From contig OZ219815.1 of the NCBI GenBank assembly GCA_964291235.2, positions 512,001-576,000 of the forward strand: 64,000 nucleotides of DNA, written 5' to 3'. Source of the DNA: Vicinamibacteria bacterium (GTDB lineage: Bacteria > Acidobacteriota > Vicinamibacteria > Marinacidobacterales > Marinacidobacteraceae). Positions 51,106-60,119 of this stretch are shown here, in pieces; positions within the stretch are counted from its first letter, which is position 1; each line of letters begins with the position of its first letter. The position numbers were made by a program, and so were the translations under genes. The notes under the pieces were generated by a model. That model saw only the letters and a program-made list of their open reading frames with translations, had not been told where the DNA came from and ran no database searches.

Positions 51106-52056
51106 TTGCTGACCGTGCAGCCTGCTTCCCGGCGCAGCCTCGCTCTCGGCCTCGTAGCCCTCGCCGCGCTCGCTGCGGTCGGTCCGTTGCTGATCGCCAA
51201 CCCCTACGCCTCGCGGCTCGCGCAGCTCCTCTTCCTGAACGTGGTGCTGGCCAGCGCCTGGAACCTGGTCGGAGGCTTCGCGGGGCAGATCTCGTTCGGC
51301 AACGCGTCGCTCTTCGGAGTGGGCGCCTACGCAACCTCGATGTTGTGGGTGGCCGGCTTTCATCCCTTCCTCACCATGCCGGTTGCGGCCCTGCTTGCGG
51401 CCTTTTACGGAGTGGTGTGGGGGTGGCCGTGCCTCCGCCTCCGCGGACCGTATTTCGCCATCGCCACCATCGGCGTGGCGGAAGCGACGCGGATCGTGGC
51501 AAACCACATCGAGGCGGCGGGCGGGGCCTCGGGATTGACCCTTCCCCTGGAGGAGGACCTGGGGCCCGTGCTCCTCTACGCAGTGGGCGCCGTCCTCGCC
51601 GTCGCGGCAGTTCTGGTAAGCGCCGCCGTCCGCCGTTCCCGCCTGGGCCTCGGTCTGATCGCGCTCCGGGAGGACGCGCAGGCGGCCGCGGCGTCCGGGG
51701 TCAACGTGGCCCGCCAACAGGTCACCGTCTTCGCCATTACCGCTGCTCTCACCGGGCTCGCGGGCAGCTACTACGCGCTCTTCACCCTCTACGTGGTGCC
51801 GGAGAAGGTGTTCGGCTTCGATCTCTCGATCAGCCTCGTTCTCATGGTGCTGGTGGGGGGAATCGGGACCGTGATCGGACCCGTCCTGGGTGCGACGATC
51901 TTCCTCGTCCTCGAACAGTTCGTGCTCGCCAGCCTCGCGGACATTCACCTCGCCGCGTTCGGCGCGCTGCTGATCTTCATCATCTTGTGGGAACCGAGGG
52001 GAGTCGCGCCGCGTCTCGCCCAGGTCGTGGGGCTGATCCGAAGGAGGAAGGGATGA
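51106..52056 (+). CDS. livM: Branched-chain amino acid ABC permease
   Basis: WNLVGGFAGQISFG, LRLRGPYFAIAT, LREDAQAA, VGGIGTVIGPVLG, PRG. Confidence 0.9.
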   Translation: MLTVQPASRRSLALGLVALAALAAVGPLLIANPYASRLAQLLFLNVVLASAWNLVGGFAGQISFGNASLFGVGAYATSMLWVAGFHPFLTMPVAALLAAFYGVVWGWPCLRLRGPYFAIATIGVAEATRIVANHIEAAGGASGLTLPLEEDLGPVLLYAVGAVLAVAAVLVSAAVRRSRLGLGLIALREDAQAAAASGVNVARQQVTVFAITAALTGLAGSYYALFTLYVVPEKVFGFDLSISLVLMVLVGGIGTVIGPVLGATIFLVLEQFVLASLADIHLAAFGALLIFIILWEPRGVAPRLAQVVGLIRRRKG

Positions 52057-52799
52057 GCAGCCCGCAGGCCGGATCCCTCCTCGTCGAAGCCAAGGGAGTC
52101 GTGAAGCGCTTTGGCGGCCTCACGGCCGTCCACCGCCTCGATCTCTTCCTCGAGGAGGGAGAGATCCTGGGCCTCATCGGCCCGAACGGCGCCGGCAAGA
52201 CCACCCTGTTCAACCTGCTGAGCGGTCAGCTTGCTCCTGACGCGGGGGAGATTCGCTTGCTGGGGCGCGAAATCCAGCATCTCCCGTCGCACCGGATCTG
52301 CCGCCTGGGACTCGCCCGCACCTTTCAGGTCCCGCGCCCGTTCCTGGCGATGACGGCGTTCGAAAGCGTTCTCGTGGGCGCGCAGTTCGGCCGGCGCGTC
52401 TCCGGCGCGTCTGCCCCGGGTACCGCGGAAGCCTGCCTGACGTTGACCCGGCTCGAAGGCCGGCGTGACGCACCGGTGCATTCCCTGAACCTGGCCGAAC
52501 GGAAACGGCTCGACCTGGCGAGGGCCCTCGCTACCAGACCGCGGGTCTTGCTGGTGGACGAGGTGGCGGCTGGGCTGAATCCGACGGAAGTGCGCGAGAC
52601 CGTCGGCATCCTGAGAGAGGTCCACGCGAGCGGCATCGGCATCATCTACGTGGAACACGTGATGGAAGCGGTGATGGACATTTCCGATCGGATCCATGTG
52701 CTCGACCACGGCGCCACCATCGCCATCGGAACCCCTGAGGAAGTAACCCGGAATCCCGACGTGATCGAGGCCTATCTGGGCCGGTCCGCGGGATCCTGA
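52053..52799 (+). CDS. livG: Branched-chain amino acid ABC ATP-binding protein
   Basis: KRFGGLTAV, GPNGAGKTT, ARTFQ, DEVAAGLN, VEHVM, VIEAYLG. Confidence 0.92.
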   Translation: MSSPQAGSLLVEAKGVVKRFGGLTAVHRLDLFLEEGEILGLIGPNGAGKTTLFNLLSGQLAPDAGEIRLLGREIQHLPSHRICRLGLARTFQVPRPFLAMTAFESVLVGAQFGRRVSGASAPGTAEACLTLTRLEGRRDAPVHSLNLAERKRLDLARALATRPRVLLVDEVAAGLNPTEVRETVGILREVHASGIGIIYVEHVMEAVMDISDRIHVLDHGATIAIGTPEEVTRNPDVIEAYLGRSAGS

Positions 52800-52811
52800 G
52801 GACGTGGATCG

Positions 52812-53549
52812 ATGAGCCTTCTCGAGATTCGGAATCTGAAGGTCCGCCGCGGCGGGGTCCCGGCGCTGCGCGGGGTGACCCTGGAAGTGGACAGCCGGGA
52901 GGTGGTGGCGCTCCTGGGCGCGAACGGCGCCGGCAAGACCACGACCCTCCGCGCGATCAGCGACCTGTCCAGACCCGACTCGGGCGAGGTCCGCTTCGAG
53001 GGGCGTTCCCTGGTGGGCGCCGGTTCAGCGCGGGTAGTCGAAGCCGGAATTGCGCATGTGCCCGAGGGGAGCCGAATCTGGCCCGACATGACGGTTCTCG
53101 AGAATCTGAGACTGGGCGCCTACGCAGTCCGGCGCCGGGGCTCCACGGCCCGGCGGCTGGACGCCATTCTTGAACTCCTGCCGCGGCTCGCCGAACGGTC
53201 CTCCCAGTTGGCGGGGACCCTCTCCGGGGGGGAGCGGCAGATGGCGGCCATCGGCAGGGCCTTGATGGCCTCACCGAAGCTCCTGCTCATGGATGAACCG
53301 TCGCTCGGGCTTTCCCCCCGGGTCGTGGACACCGTGTTCGACACCATCCAGGCGATCCGCAAGGACGGAGTCGCGGTTCTGCTCGTCGAGCAGAACGTGG
53401 TGCGAGCGCTCGAGATTGCGGAGCGCGGCTACGTACTCGAAGGCGGGAAGATCGTCCGCCGGGGAAGCGGGGAGGAGCTCCTCGACGATCCCGAAGTGCG
53501 CCAGGCGTACCTCGGGAGAACTGCGGGTAGCAAGAACTCCGGAGCCTGA
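52812..53549 (+). CDS. livF: Branched-chain amino acid ABC ATP-binding protein
   Basis: GANGAGKTT, VPEG, LSGGERQM, DEPSLGL, LVEQN, VRQAYLG. Confidence 0.93.
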   Translation: MSLLEIRNLKVRRGGVPALRGVTLEVDSREVVALLGANGAGKTTTLRAISDLSRPDSGEVRFEGRSLVGAGSARVVEAGIAHVPEGSRIWPDMTVLENLRLGAYAVRRRGSTARRLDAILELLPRLAERSSQLAGTLSGGERQMAAIGRALMASPKLLLMDEPSLGLSPRVVDTVFDTIQAIRKDGVAVLLVEQNVVRALEIAERGYVLEGGKIVRRGSGEELLDDPEVRQAYLGRTAGSKNSGA

Positions 53550-53550
53550 G

Positions 53551-53595
53551 GCCCGGTTCCCCGGGCGCCGTCAGCCGGCCATGCCGGCCGACGGC
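53551..53595. terminator. GC-rich hairpins between convergent genes (possible terminator)
   Basis: GCCCGG-TTCC-CCGGGC and GCCGTC-A-GCCGGC-CAT-GCCGGC-C-GACGGC; no U-tract. Confidence 0.35.
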
Positions 53596-53610
53596 ACCCG
53601 TGGCGTCCGA

Positions 53611-54999
53611 TTACTCCGAGAGCCAGCCGGTAATCGCGACGAAGTTACCGTCCTCGACGCGCTTCAGCGTCACCGCGTCGAAACCAAGGTGGCTCTGGTC
53701 GGAGAAGGTCACGGGGTGACCCATGAGACCTTGCCAGTTGTCGATGGTTTCGAGCCCGCGAATGAGGTTGATCCGCCGGAGATCGTCTCCCGCGCGCTCC
53801 ATCCCCTCGGCAGCGAGTTGAGCCCAGGCCATTCCCAGCATCGCGTAGTCCCCGAACGGAACCTCGGGCGCGTATTCGCTCAGAATCTGTTTCACCAGGC
53901 GGGTGTTGTCCGAGTCCACGGAAAGGTCCGGAGTTGTGGAGGCCACGATCAGGCCTTCAGCGGATTCACCCGCCAGGTCGATCATGAGCGTATCCGCCAT
54001 CGCGAACCCGCCCAGCAGGATCGGATTCCAGTCCGGATCGGCCGCAATCGCCTTCACCACCTCGGCTCCGTATTCGGCAACTCCCCAGATGAGAACCGCA
54101 CCCGCCTGCTTCTCCTTGAACTCGGCGAGGGCGGCTTCCATGCCACCGCCGTCCTTGGGCGTGCGCCGCATTCCGACGTCTTCGGGAGCAGCCTCCGGCC
54201 GGCCCCAACGGCCGCCGTCGGCCCTTTGGACCCGCCACAGCACCCCCTCGCCTCCGGAGGGATACTCGTGCCAGCCTTCGCTGGTGGGATCGTCGGTTCG
54301 CGGGCGCCGCGGACGGCTGGAAATCCGCGCGTAACGCACTTCCACGCCTTCCGGAAGAGCGGCCGCGACCTGCTCGTAGAAGCCCCGGACGCCGAGCCGG
54401 TAGCCCTCCTGCCCCTGGATCCCGAAGGGGGTGTCCTCCGCGATCGAGGCGATTCGATTCACCCCGAGTTCGGTCATCGCATAGCGGGCCAGAACCTGCG
54501 CCGCGGTGATGGAAGTGGGAAGAATGGAGAAGATGTAGGCGTCCAGCGGTTCTGTCCAGACGCGCGCGCTGGAGCCGGGATTCACCCAGGGCACCAGTCG
54601 CAAACCCACCGCGTCGCGGACCGCCAGGGTGTTGGCGCTGCTCATGCCGCCCACCATGGCGAAGACCTGCTCCTCGCGCAGGAGCTGATCAACCAGGGCG
54701 GGAGTCTGCTCAGGATCTCCCTGATCGTCCTTGAGAATCAAATTGACCCTGCGGCCGTGAATGCCGCCCTGATCGTTGAGCCACTCAAAGTACGCCGCCA
54801 TCGAGCGGCCGACATTGCCAAGCGCCGCATAGGGACCCGTCAGCGGAGCAAAACTCCCCAATTTGATCTCTTCCCCGGTGACCCCGATATCCGGTCCGCC
54901 GCAGGCGCCACCGAGAAGAGCCAGGCAGAGTCCGGTTGCGAGGATGCTGCGGCGCCAGCGGCTGGCGCCCTTTGCGGTTGGCGGACAATCAAAACGCAC
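53611..54999 (-). CDS. ABC substrate-binding lipoprotein (Leu-binding/PBP6 family) with internal insertion
   Basis: Lipobox GGAC; EIKLGSFAPLTGP, NDQGGIHGRR, DDQGDP; extra segment of about 60 aa in the middle. Confidence 0.85.
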   Translation of the reverse strand: MRFDCPPTAKGASRWRRSILATGLCLALLGGACGGPDIGVTGEEIKLGSFAPLTGPYAALGNVGRSMAAYFEWLNDQGGIHGRRVNLILKDDQGDPEQTPALVDQLLREEQVFAMVGGMSSANTLAVRDAVGLRLVPWVNPGSSARVWTEPLDAYIFSILPTSITAAQVLARYAMTELGVNRIASIAEDTPFGIQGQEGYRLGVRGFYEQVAAALPEGVEVRYARISSRPRRPRTDDPTSEGWHEYPSGGEGVLWRVQRADGGRWGRPEAAPEDVGMRRTPKDGGGMEAALAEFKEKQAGAVLIWGVAEYGAEVVKAIAADPDWNPILLGGFAMADTLMIDLAGESAEGLIVASTTPDLSVDSDNTRLVKQILSEYAPEVPFGDYAMLGMAWAQLAAEGMERAGDDLRRINLIRGLETIDNWQGLMGHPVTFSDQSHLGFDAVTLKRVEDGNFVAITGWLSE

Positions 55000-55231
55000 G
55001 GCGGAAGTCTCCTCCCCGAAGCAGTGGAAGTTATGGGAATCGCTTGTAGCGGGCCGGAGAATTTAGCATAGGCGGCGCCCTCGAAACGAACCGCGGAGCG
55101 AGGTCATTTCGGGGTCGCACGCCGCGATTCGCCGCACGCCGGATTCCCCCGCCCAAGCCGGCAGGAACGGCGCAACCGGCGGGGGAACGACAACCGCAGG
55201 GGGTGTCGCGAGTGCCCGATCGCGGGATGGG

Positions 55232-56575
55232 TCAGGGCGTGGCGACCGGCCCGGGCTCGGTGGAGGGCGTCTCCGGTGCGGGCGGAGAAGGCGGAGCGGC
55301 CGCTTGAGTCGCCTTCTTCCGGGTCGCCTTCTTACGGGTCACCTTCTTCCGCGTCGCCTTCTTCCGGGTCGCCTTCTTCCGCGTCACCTTCTTGCGGGTC
55401 GCCTTCTTCCGGGTCGCCTTCTTCCGGGTGGCTTTCTTCCGGGTCGCCTTCTTCCGGGACGCCTTCTTCCGCGTCACCTTCTTCCGGGTGGCCTTCTTCC
55501 GGGTCGTCTTCTTCCGCGTCGCCTTCTTCCGGGTGGCCTTCTTCCGCGTCGCCTTCTTCCGCGTCGTCTTTTTGCGGGTGGCCTTCTTCCGGGTCGCCTT
55601 CTTCCGCGTCGCCTTCTTCCGAGTCGTCTTCTTCCGGGTCGTCTTCTTCCGGGACGCCTTCTTACGGGTCACCTTCTTGCGGGACGTCTTCTTACGGGTC
55701 GTCTTCTTCCGGGACGCCTTCTTACGGGTCACCTTCTTCCGGGACGCCTTCTTCCGCGTCGTCTTCTTGCGGGACGCCTTCTTCCGAGTCGTCTTCTTCC
55801 GGGTCGTCTTCTTCCGGGACGCCTTCTTACGGGTCACCTTCTTGCGGGACGTCTTCTTACGGGTCGTCTTCTTCCGGGACGCCTTCTTACGGGTCACCTT
55901 CTTCCGGGACGCCTTCTTCCGCGTCGTCTTCTTGCGGGACGCCTTCTTCCGAGTCGTCTTCTTACGGGTCGTCTTCTTGCGGGACGCCTTCTTACGGGTC
56001 ACCTTCTTGCGGGACGTCTTCTTACGGGTCACCTTCTTGCGGGACGCCTTCTTACGGGTCACCTTCTTCCGGGACGCCTTCTTCCGGGTCGTCTTCTTGC
56101 GGGACGCCTTCTTACGGGTCGTCTTCTTGCGGGACGTCTTCTTACGGGTCGTCTTCTTCCGGGACGCCTTCTTACGGGTCACCTTCTTGCGGGACGCCTT
56201 CTTACGGGTCACCTTCTTGCGGGACGCCTTCTTACGGGTCACCTTCTTGCGGGACGCCTTCTTACGGGTCACCTTCTTGCGGGACGCCTTCTTACGGGTC
56301 ACCTTCTTCCGGGACGCCTTCTTCCGCGTCATCTTCTTCCGGGACGTCTTCTTCCGGGTCGTCTTCTTGCGGGACGCCTTCTTACGGGACACCTTCTTGC
56401 GCGTCATCTTCTTTCGCGTGACTTTCTTGCGCACCAGTTTCTTCCGCGCCGTCGCCTTACGAGTCAAACGCTTGCGTGTCACTTTCTTGCGCGCGGCGCC
56501 GCTCCGCGACGCCCTCCGCGCCACGGCCTTCTTCCGGGAGGTTTTCTTCGCCGACCGCTTGGCCTTTTTCTTCAT
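55232..56575 (-). CDS. Histone H1-like/HctB-like basic repeat protein (about 79 RKKx(S/T) pentamers)
   Basis: K/R-rich head, continuous RKK(A/V/T/M)(S/T) array with synonymous codon variation, Pro-rich tail; ATG 56575 (GTG 56590 alternative). Confidence 0.8.
   Translation of the reverse strand: MKKKAKRSAKKTSRKKAVARRASRSGAARKKVTRKRLTRKATARKKLVRKKVTRKKMTRKKVSRKKASRKKTTRKKTSRKKMTRKKASRKKVTRKKASRKKVTRKKASRKKVTRKKASRKKVTRKKASRKKVTRKKASRKKTTRKKTSRKKTTRKKASRKKTTRKKASRKKVTRKKASRKKVTRKKTSRKKVTRKKASRKKTTRKKTTRKKASRKKTTRKKASRKKVTRKKASRKKTTRKKTSRKKVTRKKASRKKTTRKKTTRKKASRKKTTRKKASRKKVTRKKASRKKTTRKKTSRKKVTRKKASRKKTTRKKTTRKKATRKKATRKKATRKKTTRKKATRKKATRKKATRKKTTRKKATRKKVTRKKASRKKATRKKATRKKATRKKATRKKVTRKKATRKKATRKKVTRKKATRKKATQAAAPPSPPAPETPSTEPGPVATP
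55305..56490. repeat. 15-bp tandem array with a 165-bp higher-order unit
   Basis: Unit g(a/t)c(g/a)(c/t)cttctt(c/g/a)cg(g/c); the rare variant gagtcgtctt recurs at 55621, 55786 and 55951. Confidence 0.95.
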
Positions 56576-56780
56576 TACAGTTTTGTTCACCCCGAGCGGG
56601 AATCACCAGCACGACCACAATCTGCTGCGAGCCCCACAGCCGCAGCGTAGCATCGCCTTCGAATCGGGGTCAACCCTTTGTCAGTTCATCGCCCATCGAA
56701 ACCGGAGCAAGTTTCTTGTGCCGCCTGTTAGCAGCCTGTGGGTAGAGTGACGTGGGCACCGAGAACCCTTACGGAACACC

Positions 56781-57632
56781 ATGAGCAACCGCCTTAAGGT
56801 TTGGGCCGAATACCTCAAGATCGAACACACGCTGTTCTCCGTCCCCCTCATCTATGCGGGCGCCCTGTTGGCGGAACCGCCTCTGACGTTGCGTACGGCG
56901 GTATTGATCCTGGTAGCTGCCACCGGCGCGCGGACTACCGCTATGGGACTCAATCGGATCCTGGACCGTCACCTCGATGCGCAAAACCCCCGCACCGCAA
57001 ACCGCGCGCTGCCAGCCGGAAAGATCACGTTGCGGGGCGCGGCAGCCGTCGCCGTCGTCGCGTTCCTCATTTCCCTGACCGCTGCCTGGGCCATCTCGCC
57101 GCGCTGCCTCATCATCAGTCCCATTCCGCTGGCGGCCTTCTTCGCTTACCCACTCCTGAAGCGCTATACCAGATGGGCACACCTGGGTCTCGGCATGACA
57201 CTGGCTCTCGGTCCGATCTGTGGCTTCTACGCGGTGGCTCTGGAATGGCGCGGCCTGATCCCGATCGGACTGCTGGCTGCCTTTACCGCGCTGTGGTCCG
57301 CCGGCTTCGACATCTTGTATGCAACCCTTGACGAAGAGTCGGACCGAAGAACCGGAGTCTTCTCCTTGCCGTCGGCGATTGGAAGTCATCGCGCACTACA
57401 GGTCGCTGCCGGATTGCACTTTCTTGCCTATTGTGCGCTCGTTGCCCTCTTCTCGACTTCGCTTCATGGCATCTGGTCAGGTATGTTCTTCGCCTTGGCT
57501 GGTGTTTTGTTCGTCGTGCAGCACAAGCTCCGACACCACGTCGAGTTCGCGTTTTTCCAGGTGAATTCGGTTCTCGGCGGCGTCGTCTTTCTCGGCGTCC
57601 TGCTCTCCCATTCCCCGATGCCCATCCCATGA
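56781..57632 (+). CDS. mqnP: UbiA-family prenyltransferase of the futalosine pathway (MqnP)
   Basis: KIEHTLFSVP, ARTTAMGLNRILDRHLDAQNPRTANRALPAG, GFDILYATLD; mqn context. Confidence 0.85.
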   Translation: MSNRLKVWAEYLKIEHTLFSVPLIYAGALLAEPPLTLRTAVLILVAATGARTTAMGLNRILDRHLDAQNPRTANRALPAGKITLRGAAAVAVVAFLISLTAAWAISPRCLIISPIPLAAFFAYPLLKRYTRWAHLGLGMTLALGPICGFYAVALEWRGLIPIGLLAAFTALWSAGFDILYATLDEESDRRTGVFSLPSAIGSHRALQVAAGLHFLAYCALVALFSTSLHGIWSGMFFALAGVLFVVQHKLRHHVEFAFFQVNSVLGGVVFLGVLLSHSPMPIP

Positions 57633-58179
57633 AAATTGTCGTCGGAATGTCGGGCTCTTCGGGGGCGGTTTACGGTGTTCAGTTCCTGAAGCGTTGCCCG
57701 GGCGAAAAACACCTGATCGTTTCCCGGTGGGGAGAAGAAGTGCTGCGACTGGAGACGGGTCTGGCACTCGACGATCTGAAGGGCCACGTACGGCGCGTTC
57801 ATCGCGACTCCGACCTGGCAGCCCCCTGGTCATCGGGTTCGAACCGTTATGACGCGCTCGTTCTGATCCCTGCAGTCTCTCGACCCTCGGCAAGGTCGCC
57901 AACGGGATCGCCGATACCCTCATAACCCGGGCAGCCCAGGTCGCTCTCAAGGAACGCATGCGCCTCGTTCTCTGCGTACGCGAGACACCGTGGTCCACCA
58001 TCACCTTGCGCAATGCCCTCGCTATTTCGGAGGCGGGCGGAATCGTGATGCCGGTAGCGCCGCCCTGGTATCGAAATCCCGGCACGATGTCGGAGGTCGT
58101 GGACGGCTTTTGCGACAAGGTGCTCGGCGTGCTTGGAATCGGCGACGCACCCGGCTGGCGGGAAGAAGAAACCCGGTAA
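57629..58179 (+). pseudogene. ubiX: Flavin prenyltransferase UbiX, -1 frameshift near 57870 (likely sequencing error)
   Basis: MKIVVGMSGSSG...APWSSGS...LIP/CSLSTLGKVANGIADTLITRAAQVALKERMRLVLCVRETP; one missing C in atccct. Confidence 0.9.
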
Positions 58180-58189
58180 CCGGACAGAG

Positions 58190-58888
58190 GCGGGAACGCC
58201 CCCGAGCAGCCCTGGTGGCGCGCAGGCACGGGAACGCCGGCCTCCAGGCCGGCACAGCGGCGCGTAGCGCCGCGGCGGGACGGACTCCCCAGCGTCAAAA
58301 TGGCTCCCCTCTCGGCCCAGACCCCCGCAGCCCTGGTGGCGCAACCGCGTTACGTCGACATAGAGTCGGAGCGCCGGCCTCTGGCCGGCATCGCTCCCCA
58401 CCGGGGAGCGAAACCGCACATCGAGGCTCAACCCCACGGCGCAATGGCACAGGGCCGTTACATCGTCCCCGTCTGGCCAATTACCGCGCGGCCGATGAAC
58501 GACGGGAGTTCCGCGGCCTGTGGCCGCGATGCCGGCCGGAGGCCGCCGCTCCTGGGGAGCGAAACCGCACATCGCTGCTCACCCGGACGGCGCAGTGGCA
58601 CAGGGCCGTTACATCGTCCCCGCCAGGCCAATTACCGTGCGGCCGATGAACTACGGGAGTTTCGCGGCCAGGAGCGCCAGCCTCCAGGCTGGCATCGCCC
58701 GCGCAGCGGGCGAAACTCCCAAACCTGATCCCCCCGGATGGTGCCGCCGCCGACCAGCACGGCGCAGCGCCACTCACCCGCTCGTACGGCGTTGCGCCGT
58801 CCCCGCTTGGGTGGGCGCTTTCAAGGACGATTAAGTCTGGGAGTTTCGCGGCCTGCGGCCGCGATGCCGGTCTGGAGACCGGCGCTCC
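58190..58888. repeat. BIME-like cluster of REP units with an internal ~115-bp tandem duplication
   Basis: Five double-hairpin units (58230, 58368, 58504-58552 reverse, 58671, 58839-58888 reverse); 58404-58517 is near-identical to 58554-58668; gcagccctggtggcgc occurs at 58206 and 58327. Confidence 0.8.
58670..58888. mobile_element. REP/MITE-like ~220-bp element (copy 2, inverted relative to 24242-24463)
   Basis: Terminal inverted double hairpins; interior tgcgccgtccccgcttggg is the reverse complement of cccaagcggggacggcgca at about 24321. Confidence 0.75.
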
Positions 58889-58996
58889 AGGACCGCCCGA
58901 CCCGCATGCTACGATTTTCAGCCCGCAATTGAGCTGTCCTGGAGCCCGGGATTCCGCAACGCCCGGCCTCTCCAGCGTCCCCTCCGGAGATCCCCT

Positions 58997-60109
58997 GTGC
59001 TGCTTGCCGAAGGCGTCGCGTTTCGCGACCGAAACCTGGTCCCGGTCTGGGAGAAGGTTCTGGCGGGGGATCGCCTTGGTTTCGACGACGGAATCGCTCT
59101 CCTCCAGACAGTCGATCTGCCGGCGTTGGGCCGGATGGCCGACCACGCCGCCAGGCGGCGTAACGGCGACCGGGTGCAGTTCGTCGTAAACCGGCAGATC
59201 AATCCCACGAACCTGTGCGTGCTCTCCTGCGTCTTCTGCGATTTCGCCGCCAAACCGGGAGATGACCACGCCTACGAGCAGTCCCTCGAAGAGGTTCTCG
59301 CTCAGGTGTCCGAGGACCTGTCGGAAGTCCACATCGTCGGCGGCCTGCACCCCAAGTGGCCCTTCGCCCGCTATCTGGAGATCGTTCGCGAGATTCACCG
59401 GCAGTTCCCGAAGGTCCAGATCAAGGCGTGGACGGCCGTGGAGATCGACTGGTTCGCCCGACTGGAAAAAACCACCATCGAGGACATCCTGGTGCAACTC
59501 CAGGAGGCCGGCCTCAACTCCCTGCCGGGTGGTGGCGCGGAGGTGTTCTCCGACCGCGTGCGCAAGGAAACGTTCAAGACCAAGATCGGCCGGGCACGGT
59601 GGTTCGAGGTGCACCGGGCCGCGCATCGCCTGGGAATCATGACGAACGCGACCCTGCTCTACGGACACATCGAGACACTCGGCGAGCGCGTCGATCACAT
59701 GATCCAGCTCCGGGAAGCGCAGGACGGCTGCGGCTCGTCCGAGGCAGGGTTTCAGTCGTTCATTCCGCTCGCGCTCCAACCCGGAAACACCGGACTCGCC
59801 GAGCGTCAGGCGTCGGTGCTGGAGGATCTCCGGACCGTTGCCTGCGGGCGCCTGCTCCTCGACAACTTTCCCCACATCAAGGCTTACTGGGTGATGTTGG
59901 GCGAGGACTCGGCGGGCATGGCGCTGAACTTCGGCGCCAGTGATCTCGATGGGACGATCGGCGAAGAGAAGATCGCCCACTTCGCACAGGCAAAGAGCCC
60001 GATTGGCCTGGCCCGCGAGCGACTGGTCCGCATGATCCGGGACGCCGGCAAGATCCCCGTGGAGCGCGACGCGCTCTACAACGTGGTGCAAGTCTGGGAG
60101 GCTGCCTGA
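58997..60109 (+). CDS. mqnE: Aminofutalosine synthase MqnE (radical SAM)
   Basis: NRQINPTNLCVLSCVFCDF, EVHIVGGLHP, KAWTAVE, LPGGGAE, DNFPHIKAYW, DLDGTIGEEKI. Confidence 0.92.
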   Translation: MLLAEGVAFRDRNLVPVWEKVLAGDRLGFDDGIALLQTVDLPALGRMADHAARRRNGDRVQFVVNRQINPTNLCVLSCVFCDFAAKPGDDHAYEQSLEEVLAQVSEDLSEVHIVGGLHPKWPFARYLEIVREIHRQFPKVQIKAWTAVEIDWFARLEKTTIEDILVQLQEAGLNSLPGGGAEVFSDRVRKETFKTKIGRARWFEVHRAAHRLGIMTNATLLYGHIETLGERVDHMIQLREAQDGCGSSEAGFQSFIPLALQPGNTGLAERQASVLEDLRTVACGRLLLDNFPHIKAYWVMLGEDSAGMALNFGASDLDGTIGEEKIAHFAQAKSPIGLARERLVRMIRDAGKIPVERDALYNVVQVWEAA

Positions 60110-60119
60110 CCGCTCCGTA

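Noticed and set aside
55305-56490. Possible CRISPR array
   Set aside because: Contiguous 15-bp units with no unique spacers and no cas genes.
55276-56750. Three open plus-strand frames over the repeat, including an amyloid-looking (RVAFF/RVVFF)n ORF and (GSPSS)n and (GRLLP)n ORFs
   Set aside because: A stop-free 15-bp repeat opens all frames automatically. The variation pattern is synonymous for the minus-strand RKKxT frame, which also has a compositionally matching non-repetitive head.
58190-58888. Possible CRISPR, riboswitch or small ORFs (e.g. 58300-58728) upstream of mqnE
   Set aside because: Repeats are inverted and irregularly spaced and recur at unrelated loci; I recognised no riboswitch consensus; the ORFs are translations of repeats.
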